Positions 8,788 to 17,949 are shown, counted from the stretch's first letter. The stretch is DNA of 59,301 nt from an uncultured Candidatus Saccharibacteria bacterium (GCA_964398775.1 CAYNND010000004.1:1-59301); one strand, 5' to 3'. The notes: generated from the sequence alone by a model not told the origin. Made by a program: numbers and translations.

Positions 8788-9732
8788 TTACCACCAGGTG
8801 TTTGAGTACTGTGGGTACCAGCCACTTTCGTCGTAGTTAAATGAATTGTTGTAGTTGTAGTCGTCGTACTGACCGCCATATGATGAGCCGTAGTAGTCAT
8901 CGTATGAATTATTGTAGTTATAGTTGTCGTAGTAGTCGTTGTAGTCGTACTGTGTGTGTACTTTGCGGCGTGTGGTTGTTGGAGTATGTGAGTATTCCCA
9001 CCAGTAATTCCAATCGTTTATATCGCTATAGTCGGAATTATAGTACTGGTAGTTGTAATTATAGTTGTATGGGTATGGGTTGTACGGAGGGTAATACGGA
9101 GTTGTCGGCGGGTAGTATGGAGTTACGGTATTTGTATAGACTGTTACTGTTGCTGTTGCCTGCGCAACGCGGCCAATAGTGTCACGAGCTGTGATTATGA
9201 TTGTGTATGTGCCTGCGTTTGCATAGCTGTGAGTGAATGTAGTCTGCTGTGTCGTGTAGTTTTGGTATGCCTGCGCGTTTGCGTATGCATAGGTACCTTC
9301 ATCGCCCCAGACGATAGAGTAGGAAAGTGTGCCCGTGCTACTGCCGACGTTGATATACCATGTACCAGTTTCGTTTGTGCGAAGTGTTGTCGGGCCTGTA
9401 AATGATTGTATAGAAGGAGCGCTGCCGTAGTATGGCTGTGGGTTGTATGGGTACGGGTTGTACGGTGTATATGGAGTATACGGAGTGTACGGGTAGTACG
9501 GTGTATATGGATTCTGGTTACAGACACCACTGCTCATATATGTCGCTCCATCTGCATTGAGCTGGCACATATTGCTATATGTGTTGCGAGTAATGCCTGC
9601 ATTTGAATACTTTTGTCCGCAGACAGGGGCGTATTCCTGGGTACAGACAGGAGATGGGGCAATCATTGCGCCAGCATACGCAGGGACTGCAAGGCTTATA
9701 ATAAGCGCTGTTTTGACAAATACACGTTTCAT
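8788..9732 (-). CDS. Secreted Kazal-like + PKD-like protein with Tyr/Pro/Asn-rich tail
   Basis: Signal peptide (ALIISLAVPAYAGA). Kazal-like pattern (CTQEYAPVCGQ...TYSNMCQLNADGATYMSSGVC). PKD-like core (YSIVWGDEGTYAY...HSYANAGTYTIIITARD). Then about 110 aa dominated by Y, N, P and D. Confidence 0.6.
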   Translation of the reverse strand: MKRVFVKTALIISLAVPAYAGAMIAPSPVCTQEYAPVCGQKYSNAGITRNTYSNMCQLNADGATYMSSGVCNQNPYTPYYPYTPYTPYTPYNPYPYNPQPYYGSAPSIQSFTGPTTLRTNETGTWYINVGSSTGTLSYSIVWGDEGTYAYANAQAYQNYTTQQTTFTHSYANAGTYTIIITARDTIGRVAQATATVTVYTNTVTPYYPPTTPYYPPYNPYPYNYNYNYQYYNSDYSDINDWNYWWEYSHTPTTTRRKVHTQYDYNDYYDNYNYNNSYDDYYGSSYGGQYDDYNYNNSFNYDESGWYPQYSNTWW

Positions 9733-9818
9733 GGTGTAACCCTACACCGGAGTGCTTTTAGAGTCAAACGGTGGGCATCTGCGCCTTGTTTTCGCATTTT
9801 TTGCGATATGATGGCGCG

Positions 9819-10160
9819 ATGGCAGTTGACAAGACATTTCTCGAGGTTAAAAAGGCAATTAGTAGTGCTGGAAACTTCACCGCAACGGTTGCCTACGGCA
9901 TGCCAGCATTCAGGTACAAGACAAAAATCGTTGCGTGCTATATGGAATGTAAGGAGCACATCGGATTCTACCCATACAGCAGCAAGGTCACACCACTTTT
10001 TAAGAAAGAGCTCGTAAAATACATCGCAAGTAAGGGGGCTGTGCAATTTCCTAAGGGGAAGAAGGTTCCGGCGCTGCTCATCAAGAAGATGGTTCGTGCA
10101 CGTATGAAGGAGATAGATGTACAACTCGCACAGAAACCAGTAAAGAAGAAAAAAGCATGA
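9819..10160 (+). CDS. DUF1801 (YdhG-like) domain protein
   Basis: From the ATG at 9819 (MAVDKTFLEVKKAI). YGMPAFRYKTKIVACYMECKEHIGFYPYS is characteristic. Lys-rich tail. Confidence 0.6.
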   Translation: MAVDKTFLEVKKAISSAGNFTATVAYGMPAFRYKTKIVACYMECKEHIGFYPYSSKVTPLFKKELVKYIASKGAVQFPKGKKVPALLIKKMVRARMKEIDVQLAQKPVKKKKA

Positions 10161-11461
10161 CTCCTGTTCGCGTGTTTGATTACATACTCATGAATTCACT
10201 TATCGCAAACATCACGAACTTTTTCGTGTGGTTTGCGCTGACTTTCTGGGTGTTCCTTGAGACGCACTCAATACTAGCGACATCGCTCATCGCTGGAATA
10301 TTTGCGATTATAAATGCAGTGACGGGGCTCTTTTTCGGTGCAATCGTAGACCACAACAAGAAAAAGATTGTCATGATGCTCTCAAGTGCAGCGTCACTTC
10401 TTTTGTATGCACTTGGATATATTATTTTCGTCATAGCTCCTACCGATGCATTTACAAACCCGAGCTCGCTGTATCTTTGGGCGCTCATCATCACGCTCAT
10501 GCTCGGAAGTATCATTGGAAACATTCGTGCCATTTCGCTGACGACACTCGTGAGTATCATGTTTACGGATGAAGAGCGTCCGAAGGTTAATGGGCTCGTC
10601 GGGACAGTGCAGGGGGTGACGTTCATGTCTACGTCTATCTTGAGTGGGCTCTCGATTGCATACCTCGGGATGCAGCACTCTATCCTAGCGGCTGTGCTCG
10701 TGACCATGGTCGTTGTGGTGCATTTGGCGACACTTCGTTTTGGCGCGAAAGATATTGTCTATGCAAAAAGAAAGGAGGGGGTAGGTCATGTCGATATCAA
10801 GGGCACCCTTGCACTCTTGCGCGAAACACCTGGGATTATCGCGCTTATTTTGTTCACTTCATTCAACAACTTCTTGGGTGGAGTCTTCATGGCGCTCATG
10901 GATTCATACGCGCTTTCAAATATGTCCGTCGACAAGTGGGGAGTTGCACTGTCAATACTTTCTACAGGGTTCATCATCGGTGGTGTACTCATCAGTAAGT
11001 ATGGGCTCGGTAAGAACCCAATACGCACACTCTTTCAGGCAAATGCAATCGCATGGACTGGTGCGATGCTCTTCACTGTTCCAAACATTACCGTCATATT
11101 TCTCGCGGGGATATTCCTCTGGATGATTATTGGGCCTGTTGCAGAAGCGGCAGAGAGTACCATCTTACAGAAAGTCATACCGCTTGAACGACACGGGCGC
11201 ACCATAGGCTTTGCGCAGACTATAGAGCAGATGGCATCACCGCTTACAGCACTCCTCATCGGACCACTTACTTACTTCGTCTTTATTCCTTTTATGACCA
11301 CCGGGCTTGGGGCGGCAACTATCGGTCCTTGGTTCGGGACGGGAGAAGTACGGGCAATGGCGCTCGTCTTTACATTAACTGGATTCATCGGGCTCATCGC
11401 ATCGTTTATCATGATGCGTTCACGCGCAGCGAAAAATATCACTCGCGAGTATCAAAGCTAA
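10157..11461 (+). CDS. MFS transporter
   Basis: 434 aa with about 12 hydrophobic segments and MFS-like loop motifs. ATGA overlap with the upstream gene. Confidence 0.7.
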   Translation: MTPVRVFDYILMNSLIANITNFFVWFALTFWVFLETHSILATSLIAGIFAIINAVTGLFFGAIVDHNKKKIVMMLSSAASLLLYALGYIIFVIAPTDAFTNPSSLYLWALIITLMLGSIIGNIRAISLTTLVSIMFTDEERPKVNGLVGTVQGVTFMSTSILSGLSIAYLGMQHSILAAVLVTMVVVVHLATLRFGAKDIVYAKRKEGVGHVDIKGTLALLRETPGIIALILFTSFNNFLGGVFMALMDSYALSNMSVDKWGVALSILSTGFIIGGVLISKYGLGKNPIRTLFQANAIAWTGAMLFTVPNITVIFLAGIFLWMIIGPVAEAAESTILQKVIPLERHGRTIGFAQTIEQMASPLTALLIGPLTYFVFIPFMTTGLGAATIGPWFGTGEVRAMALVFTLTGFIGLIASFIMMRSRAAKNITREYQS

Positions 11462-11462
11462 T

Positions 11463-11981
11463 ATGAAGTACGTTGCACTGCTTCGGGGTATCAATGTCGG
11501 TGGGAATAAAAAAGTCGAGATGAAAAAGCTTGCTGCAGTGTTCACTGAACTGGGCTATGCAGACGTGCGCACCTACATAAACAGCGGCAACGTTATCTTC
11601 TCGTCACCAAAAAAAGATTTTGCACGCATCGGGCCCGCGTTGAAACACACCTTTGGTTTTCCGATAGAAGTGATTGTCCGTGACGCCAAAAATATTGCTT
11701 CACTCGTGCAGAAGATTCCCAAAGAGTGGGGCAATGATACAAAGCAAAGAACCGATGTCATCTTCTTGTGGGAAGGGTATGACAGTAAGCGGTCACTCTC
11801 ACTCATCAAGCAAAAACCGGTCGATACGCTCGTATACATCGACGGCGCAATCGTCTGGAATCTTGCACGGAAGAACGTCAACAAAAGTGGCATGCGCGAC
11901 TTCATCGGCACAGACGTGTATAAACACATGACTGCACGCAATATAAACACAGTCCGCAAGCTCAGTGAGCTCCTTTCTTAG
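11463..11981 (+). CDS. DUF1697 domain protein
   Basis: MKYVALLRGINVGGNKKVEMKKLAAVFTELGYADVRTYINSGNVIF is the hallmark N-terminus of the family. Confidence 0.75.
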   Translation: MKYVALLRGINVGGNKKVEMKKLAAVFTELGYADVRTYINSGNVIFSSPKKDFARIGPALKHTFGFPIEVIVRDAKNIASLVQKIPKEWGNDTKQRTDVIFLWEGYDSKRSLSLIKQKPVDTLVYIDGAIVWNLARKNVNKSGMRDFIGTDVYKHMTARNINTVRKLSELLS

Positions 11982-13027
11982 AGCTCTATCTGCAATCCGT
12001 TTCGCATGGTGGGAACGAGAAATGTATTTCCATACGGTCGCTCACTGAGTATCTCCTTCGTATTCATCTCTGGGTCGTGTCGTCCTTCGTTGGTGAGCTT
12101 GAATGTGCCAAAGTGGATACCCATTACCTGTGGACTGCCCAAGTCTTCAGCTGCACTGCGCGCGTCACTTGGATTCATATGCATTTGTTCCATAAACCAG
12201 CGCGGCTCGTATGCGCCAATAGGGAGGAGCGCCATATCTATCTGCCCATACTTTTCCTGCAGTGCCTTGAAGTGTGTACCATAGCCTGTGTCACCTGCGA
12301 AGTAGATACGTGCTTCAGGTGTTTCAATCATAAACGAGCCCCAGAGGTAACGGTTGCGGTCGCGAAAGCCGCGTGCGCTCCAGTGTCGGGCTGGTTCGAG
12401 TGTCACACGTGTTTCACCTAGTACTTTTGATGCTGTGATATCAAGCTCGGTAATGCGCTCCTGAGGGACACCAGCGCGCGCGATAAACTGTCCGTTGTTG
12501 AGTGGAACGATGTACTGTGGCTTGAATCGTTCCTCAATCATCTCAATACTTTCTATCGACAGGTGGTCGTAGTGGTTGTGTGAAATGAGTACGACATCAA
12601 GTTTTGGAATATCAGCAAGGCGTATGTAGGGGTCATGGTGTCGTGCAGGGCCAGCAAAAGAGACTGGAGATGCTCTCTCTGCAAACTGCGGGTCAGTTAT
12701 AAAAGTGAGTTTCGGAGTTTCGATGAGTACCGTCGCGTGGTTGATGAATGTCGCACGTGCTGTACCTGAGAACGGTTTCAGTGTACTGGTATCTGTGGTG
12801 TATGGCTCGTTCCATGGAACACGCACATCGTTTCCGAAACTCCACTTGAAAAAGTCTCGTGAGCTTTTCTCATCGACTGCGACAGTATCGACAGTGAAAA
12901 CTCCGTCTTTGAAGTGTGAGCTCGTACCATGATAGACAGAGCCTGCGACGAAAAAGTATCCATAGATATAGATACCGACAAAAAAGCACAGTGCACCAAG
13001 CAGAAGTATCATCATGAGTCTTCGCAT
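11978..13027 (-). CDS. Membrane-anchored MBL-fold metallohydrolase
   Basis: N-terminal TM, then VLISHNHYDHL (HxHxDH) and later His/Asp ligand positions. NAPE-PLD-like layout. Confidence 0.7.
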   Translation of the reverse strand: MRRLMMILLLGALCFFVGIYIYGYFFVAGSVYHGTSSHFKDGVFTVDTVAVDEKSSRDFFKWSFGNDVRVPWNEPYTTDTSTLKPFSGTARATFINHATVLIETPKLTFITDPQFAERASPVSFAGPARHHDPYIRLADIPKLDVVLISHNHYDHLSIESIEMIEERFKPQYIVPLNNGQFIARAGVPQERITELDITASKVLGETRVTLEPARHWSARGFRDRNRYLWGSFMIETPEARIYFAGDTGYGTHFKALQEKYGQIDMALLPIGAYEPRWFMEQMHMNPSDARSAAEDLGSPQVMGIHFGTFKLTNEGRHDPEMNTKEILSERPYGNTFLVPTMRNGLQIEL

Positions 13028-13029
13028 TG

Positions 13030-13317
13030 TTATTTTTGGATACTCTTGAGCTGATAGTATGAGCCAATAGCGAAGAGGATGGCTGCAGCAGCGTAGAGAT
13101 AGTTGGGGATATTAGAATAGGGTACAGCTTTCAGTACTTGGAAGATGACCCATGACTGAGCAGTCGCGTAGAGCATGAAGCACAGCGAGAAGAGTCGGGC
13201 CGCTTTTTTCGCTGGGCCGCTGACATTGTCACCTATGGCAAGCCACTGCAGGAGTGCGAAACAAAGTGCGAGCACAACGACAGTGCTACTGATGGTAAAA
13301 ATAAGCAGTGGGTCCAT
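13030..13317 (-). CDS. Small hypothetical membrane protein
   Basis: 95 aa with three hydrophobic segments. Two-nt gap to the downstream MBL gene. Confidence 0.45.
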   Translation of the reverse strand: MDPLLIFTISSTVVVLALCFALLQWLAIGDNVSGPAKKAARLFSLCFMLYATAQSWVIFQVLKAVPYSNIPNYLYAAAAILFAIGSYYQLKSIQK

Positions 13318-13352
13318 GGGGGAAGTATAGCAAAGCCTCGTCGGAGCGCACC

Positions 13353-14039
13353 TTACGCCTTCTGAAGCAGCGCCAAGAAGTAATTGCGCTTGTATGACTT
13401 ACCGTCAAAGTGTGCGTAGTTACTCTTCTTTTCAAATGTATCTATCGTGAAGTACTGACCGTAAAGCGCTCGAAAGTCACTCTCAGTAAAGACACGCTCA
13501 GTGAGTCCCATCTTCGGCATCACATACGTGTCGTGTTCTTTTCCTGGAAACATCTTGATGAGATTCTTTGCGTTACTGTCACCATCCTTGCAGAGTCCAC
13601 GACAGAAGATGTACCCGCCACTTTTGAGTACGCGCTGCATTTCTTTCAAGTACATATCACGCTCGCGCTCTGTCAGAGAGTTTGACGCCATGACATCCAA
13701 GATGAGGTCAAAGGAGTTGTCAGCAAAGGGAAGTGGTGCGCCCATATCGCCGACACGGTAGTCGATAGAGACTCCCGCTTCTCGTGCGCGTGTCTGTGCA
13801 ATGTCGATTGCCGTGGGTGAGATGTCGATACCTGCGACAGTCGCACCGTACTCAGCAAGGTAGAGTGCATTTGGTCCGACACCACAGCCGAGGTCGAGAG
13901 CTGAGATGCTGCCGAGGTCGAGGTTACGCTTGCGGCGGAGTTCTTTCAAGATATCGCGCACATCTTTGCGTGCTTCGTCACCGAGGGTAACAAGCTGAGG
14001 GTTTTGGTATTCGCGGTCCCAGACATGTTTTTGCGCCAT
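13353..14039 (-). CDS. Class I SAM-dependent methyltransferase
   Basis: Motif I ALDLGCGVGPNALYLAE, then ILDVMASNS and GGYIF segments. Confidence 0.75.
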   Translation of the reverse strand: MAQKHVWDREYQNPQLVTLGDEARKDVRDILKELRRKRNLDLGSISALDLGCGVGPNALYLAEYGATVAGIDISPTAIDIAQTRAREAGVSIDYRVGDMGAPLPFADNSFDLILDVMASNSLTERERDMYLKEMQRVLKSGGYIFCRGLCKDGDSNAKNLIKMFPGKEHDTYVMPKMGLTERVFTESDFRALYGQYFTIDTFEKKSNYAHFDGKSYKRNYFLALLQKA

Positions 14040-14117
14040 TGTTGTAGTCTAGCGAAAAACGGATGAAATGCGAGTGTCTCGTATGAGTGAGCCATGCACA
14101 AGTGATATACTGAGTGC

Positions 14118-14684
14118 ATGCGCACGATACACTCGACAGATCCACTGCAGCCTGGATACAGCTACACACTCACTGCCGCAGAAGGGAAAGATTTCGCGCA
14201 GGAATTTAAGCCGCAGCTCACACCGCAGCAGATGCTTGAGATGGGAGTCTTTGGCGGTAACTATTTTGAAGGTGCTATCAGTGAGTATCCGAAGGCATGG
14301 TTTCAGCATGCGAAACTCTTTACACCCATCTTTGAACAACGTTTTCTTGGAGAGCAGGTGAACAAAAAACGTGACCATATCCGCTACGGTCGCGGGTACG
14401 ATGAAGCACTCAATTTTTTCCATGTTGATGCGAGTCAGTCACGTGAAGAGTGGCAGCGAAAAGGGTGGATACACAAGGATGACCCACGTGGCTGGTTTCA
14501 GTGGTATTGCCGCTACTATATGGGGAGAAGACATGCAGATGATGCGCGGCAGATAGAGCGCTGGAGGAAGATGGCGCGCCATGTCATGTGGCTGCACGGT
14601 GCGTGCAGTGTCGGAGACTTACATTGCAGACCGCGGCAGCGACAGGCGCTGCTTCACTGGGCGTATGATAGTACGAAGTTGTAA
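14118..14684 (+). CDS. Conserved hypothetical protein (Trp/Arg-rich motif)
   Basis: 188-aa ORF with a distinctive GWFQWYCRYYMGRRHADDARQIERWRKM segment. I cannot name the family. Confidence 0.5.
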   Translation: MRTIHSTDPLQPGYSYTLTAAEGKDFAQEFKPQLTPQQMLEMGVFGGNYFEGAISEYPKAWFQHAKLFTPIFEQRFLGEQVNKKRDHIRYGRGYDEALNFFHVDASQSREEWQRKGWIHKDDPRGWFQWYCRYYMGRRHADDARQIERWRKMARHVMWLHGACSVGDLHCRPRQRQALLHWAYDSTKL

Positions 14685-14711
14685 ATACATGACCGTACTA
14701 CTGCGTTAATT

Positions 14712-14738
14712 GCAAAGAAAAACACCTTTGTGGGTGTT
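14712..14738 (-). terminator. Intrinsic terminator ending the tRNA-Ser + trailer unit
   Basis: On the minus strand: aacacc-cacaaa-ggtgtt followed by tttttcttt. Confidence 0.6.
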
Positions 14739-14750
14739 CTTCAGCGATAG

Positions 14751-14764
14751 CGGAAAAGGAGGGA
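14751..14764 (-). repeat. Direct partial copy of the tRNA-Ser(GCU) 3' end
   Basis: cggaaaaggaggga matches cggagaaggaggga at 14901-14914 at 13 of 14 positions, same orientation, 150 nt apart. Confidence 0.8.
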
Positions 14765-14836
14765 GCGAGTCTTACAGACTCAGTACCCAAGTTGGATATA
14801 ATTGTTCGCCGTGCTCCAATTCTATCTCAACACGGC

Positions 14837-14846
14837 TTCGAATCCC
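14837..14846 (-). repeat. Inverted copy of the tRNA-Ser(GCU) T-arm
   Basis: ttcgaatccc is the exact reverse complement of 14911-14920. An 8-bp hairpin (14851-14872, gcatgtgc/gcacatgc) lies between the arms. Confidence 0.7.
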
Positions 14847-14900
14847 GTACGCATGTGCACCCCGGCACATGCTCCCTTCCCGTACTCGCTTCGCTCAGTG

Positions 14901-14989
14901 CGGAGAAGGAGGGATTCGAACCCTCGAGGGACTTTTACATCCCTGCCTCTTTAGCAAAGAGGTACGTTCAACCACTCCGCCACTTCTCC
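14901..14989 (-). tRNA. tRNA-Ser (anticodon GCU), type II, no encoded CCA
   Basis: Hand-folded. Acceptor GGAGAAG/CTTCTCC, anticodon arm CCTCT-TTGCTAA-AGAGG, long variable arm, T-arm GAGGG-TTCGAAT-CCCTC, discriminator G. Confidence 0.9.
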
Positions 14990-15172
14990 AATTAGCGAAA
15001 GATAGCATAGTTATATTCTGCTCGAAAGGCAGAGAGGAGGGGATTTTGCACGAGAATCTGTTGCTTCACCCGTCTTTTTGTGTTGAAAGTGGATATTTTG
15101 GGTAGTGTGGATAGAAATTATAATAATTTGATATATATTTATAGTAATTATTGGTATTTTTAATATAAATAT

Positions 15173-16603
15173 ATGAACACAAGTGCATTGCGTGAGTTCT
15201 TGGAGATTCCGTATGACGAGCTTGAGGAGATGAACCTGACTGCGGCCTCGGATGGGCAGAAAGATACTGAGGCGCAGCTCCAGAAGAAGGCGACTGACTA
15301 CTTGAAGAAAGAAAAGCGCATCAAGGCAGTGACATTGTGTTTCTCAGATATTGAAGGCCGTCTGCACATGCTCGACTACGATAAGAAGTTCTTGCTCGAC
15401 TCAGTCGAGAACCTTACTTTTGACGGCTCGTCAATCAGAGGGTTTACACCACAGCATGAGAGTGACCTCCGTCTTGAAATCGACTGGGGGAGTATTCGGC
15501 ATCTTCCTTCAGATGTCTTCGGTCCTGGGAAAGTCATCTTCTTTGCTTCAGTCTTGAACCGTGACCGCACACCGTATCACTCTGATTTCCGAGGACGCTT
15601 GAAGGCATTCACAGCAGAGCTCAAGAAGAAGCAGGGAATTGTCGCGCACGCTGCGTCAGAAATCGAAGGATTTGTCGTCGAGGGTGAAAACGCAGAGCAG
15701 CAATTTGCGCAGAAGGGCTTCACCATGGTCTCAACTGGTGGCTACTACCACTCACTGCCGATGGACAAGCTCAGACAATTTATAGACGCCGCAGCAGAGG
15801 CGCAGCGTGCAATGGGCTTTAAGAATGAGAAGGACCATCCAGAAGTTGCGCCATCACAGTTTGAGATGAACTTCTCATACGCTGAGGTCGTGCGAGCAGC
15901 GGATAATGTGCAGCTCTACAAGCTTGTCTGCCGACAGGTCGCGCGCAGTATGGGCCTCACCGCGACATTTCTCCCGAAGCCATTTGTCGGAATCAACGGC
16001 TCGGGCATGCACACGAACTTCTCGCTCTCAAAGAATGGTAAAAACATTTTCTTTGATGCAAAGGGTGAAGAGGGGATTTCAAGTCATGCATGGGACTTTG
16101 TCTCGCGACTTTTGAATCACGCACCAGAAATCTGTCTCATATTGAACTCCTCGGTCAATGCATATCGCCGTCTCGACCCACACTATGAAGCACCAAACCA
16201 GATAAAGGTCTCAGCGGTTGACCGTGGTTCGATGATTCGTATTCCACTTGGAAACGAAAAGACTGCGCGCATTGAGCTGCGCTCAGTGGGGCCAGATGCA
16301 AACCCGTACCTCGTACTCTTCACGATGCTCAAGGTGGGGCTTGAAGGAAAGAAACTGGAGAAAGATGAAAGTAAACGCGACCGTGTGCGCTTCTTGCCGG
16401 ACAACATCAACGACGCTATCGCGCTCATGAAGCCGTCAAAATTCTTGGATGGCGCACTCGGGGAGGAAAGTAAGGAAAAGTTTATCGCCTTCAAACAAGC
16501 AGCCGCAGACCGAGCTCCAAAAGCGCTCGGTACTATCGTCAAAGAAAGTGAGGTTGTGTATCACCATGAAGTAACTAACCAATTCCTATGGAACAAGTTC
16601 TAA
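15173..16603 (+). CDS. glnA: Glutamine synthetase
   Basis: HPEVAPSQFEMNF, NGSGMHTNFSL and a C-terminal catalytic region typical of GlnA-family ligases. A/T-rich leader upstream. Confidence 0.85.
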   Translation: MNTSALREFLEIPYDELEEMNLTAASDGQKDTEAQLQKKATDYLKKEKRIKAVTLCFSDIEGRLHMLDYDKKFLLDSVENLTFDGSSIRGFTPQHESDLRLEIDWGSIRHLPSDVFGPGKVIFFASVLNRDRTPYHSDFRGRLKAFTAELKKKQGIVAHAASEIEGFVVEGENAEQQFAQKGFTMVSTGGYYHSLPMDKLRQFIDAAAEAQRAMGFKNEKDHPEVAPSQFEMNFSYAEVVRAADNVQLYKLVCRQVARSMGLTATFLPKPFVGINGSGMHTNFSLSKNGKNIFFDAKGEEGISSHAWDFVSRLLNHAPEICLILNSSVNAYRRLDPHYEAPNQIKVSAVDRGSMIRIPLGNEKTARIELRSVGPDANPYLVLFTMLKVGLEGKKLEKDESKRDRVRFLPDNINDAIALMKPSKFLDGALGEESKEKFIAFKQAAADRAPKALGTIVKESEVVYHHEVTNQFLWNKF

Positions 16604-17949
16604 AAAGTTTGTCACGTTCGCGCCTCCTTACCCATGCCGCTATCTGGGGAGTCGTCGCGCTGGTTATATCTGTCGCAGCCATGAGTGGAATCGGGACTGA
16701 AAGTGTCACCTATGATGCTGCAGTCATAAACACTGGTGACACAGCGTGGATGCTCGTTGCAACAGCGCTCGTCATGCTCATGACTCCTGCTGTCGGGTTC
16801 TTCTACGGCGGAATGGTCTCAGCGAAAAACGTCATCTCTGTTTTGCAGCAGTCGTTCTTGATTCTTGCACTTATCTCGGTGCAGTGGGTACTCATCGGCT
16901 ACACACTCGCGTTTGGTCCGACAATGGGAGGCTTTATTGGCGATCTTTCGTATCTCGGGCTTGCTGGTGTCGGGTTTGCGCCACTTACAGACTACGCAGC
17001 GACAATCCCAGGCTATCTCTTCGTTTCGTATCAAGCGATGTTTGCAATCGTCACTCCTGCGCTCATCATCGGTGCATTTGTTGGACGTATGCGTTTCGTC
17101 ACGCTCATCGTCTTTACGCTTCTTTGGACTACGCTCGTCTATGATCCGATTGCGCACTGGGTGTGGGCGGTAGGTGGATGGTTGCGCACTTTGGGCGCAC
17201 TCGACTTTGCAGGTGGTGCAGTCGTGCACATGAGCGCAGGCTTCGGTGCACTTGCCGCAGCGATGCTCATCGGGAAGCGAGCAGAAGCGACACATCCTGC
17301 AGAGACTGCAAACAACGTACCGTTCGTGATTCTCGGTGCTGCACTCTTGTGGTTCGGATGGTTTGGATTTAATGCAGGTTCAGCACTTGGTGCAGGCGCA
17401 CTCGCGGCGAGTGCATTTCTCACGACAAACACTGCTGCTGCGGCAGCTGCACTCGTGTGGGTCGCACTATCATATGTTGAAACGAAAAAGTTTTCTGCAC
17501 TTGCTGCGGCAACTGGTGCTGTCTGCGGACTTGTCACCATTACCCCTGCCGCAGGTTTCGTGAGTCCACTTTCTGCAATCGTGATTGGTCTTATCGGTGG
17601 TATCGTCACGTTCCTCGCAGTACACATTCGTACCAATCATATTGCAATCGATGACACACTTGATGCATGGGCTGCGCATGGTATCGGCGGATTGACCGGA
17701 GCAATCTTGACCGGTGTCTTTGCAGAAAAGGCAATCAACGGCGCAGGGAACAACGGTGCACTCTTTGGTGACCCGTACCAGCTCGTGACCCAGCTTATTG
17801 TTGTTGCGGTCACAGCGTTGTATGCATTCGCGATGACGTGGCTCATCATCAAGGGCATTTCATACTTCATGCCGCTACGTGTGTCAGAGGATGAAGAATC
17901 AGAAGGACTTGATATGTCAGTACACGGAGAAGCGGGCTACCGTATATAG
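16588..17949 (+). CDS. amt: Ammonium transporter
   Basis: DTAWMLVATALVMLMTPAVGFFYGGM, DFAGGAVVHMSAG and AWAAHGIGGLTG motifs. Overlaps the glnA end by 16 nt. Confidence 0.9.
   Translation: MEQVLKSLSRSRLLTHAAIWGVVALVISVAAMSGIGTESVTYDAAVINTGDTAWMLVATALVMLMTPAVGFFYGGMVSAKNVISVLQQSFLILALISVQWVLIGYTLAFGPTMGGFIGDLSYLGLAGVGFAPLTDYAATIPGYLFVSYQAMFAIVTPALIIGAFVGRMRFVTLIVFTLLWTTLVYDPIAHWVWAVGGWLRTLGALDFAGGAVVHMSAGFGALAAAMLIGKRAEATHPAETANNVPFVILGAALLWFGWFGFNAGSALGAGALAASAFLTTNTAAAAAALVWVALSYVETKKFSALAAATGAVCGLVTITPAAGFVSPLSAIVIGLIGGIVTFLAVHIRTNHIAIDDTLDAWAAHGIGGLTGAILTGVFAEKAINGAGNNGALFGDPYQLVTQLIVVAVTALYAFAMTWLIIKGISYFMPLRVSEDEESEGLDMSVHGEAGYRI

Noticed and set aside
14767-14786. Hairpins with a 7-nt loop CUGUAAG (also at 52996-53009) resemble a tRNA-Tyr (GUA) anticodon arm.
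   Set aside because: No acceptor stem, D-arm or T-arm can be built around either hairpin. They are parts of the trailers, not tRNA genes.
14746-14900. Possible SRP (4.5S), 6S, tmRNA or RNase P RNA downstream of tRNA-Ser.
   Set aside because: The segment is too short for tmRNA or RNase P. The conserved SRP helix-8 strings (GGAA tetraloop context, AGCAGCC) are absent. The only 6S-like feature is weak end-pairing (7 bp). An Rfam scan is still worthwhile.
14710-15105. 131-aa ORF. The same problem applies to ORFs 19092-19637 (+), 19343-19651 (-), 52829-53050 (-) and 53389-53571 (-).
   Set aside because: All of them run through tRNA genes or their repeat-rich trailers and have no coding-like composition. 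They are treated as spurious.
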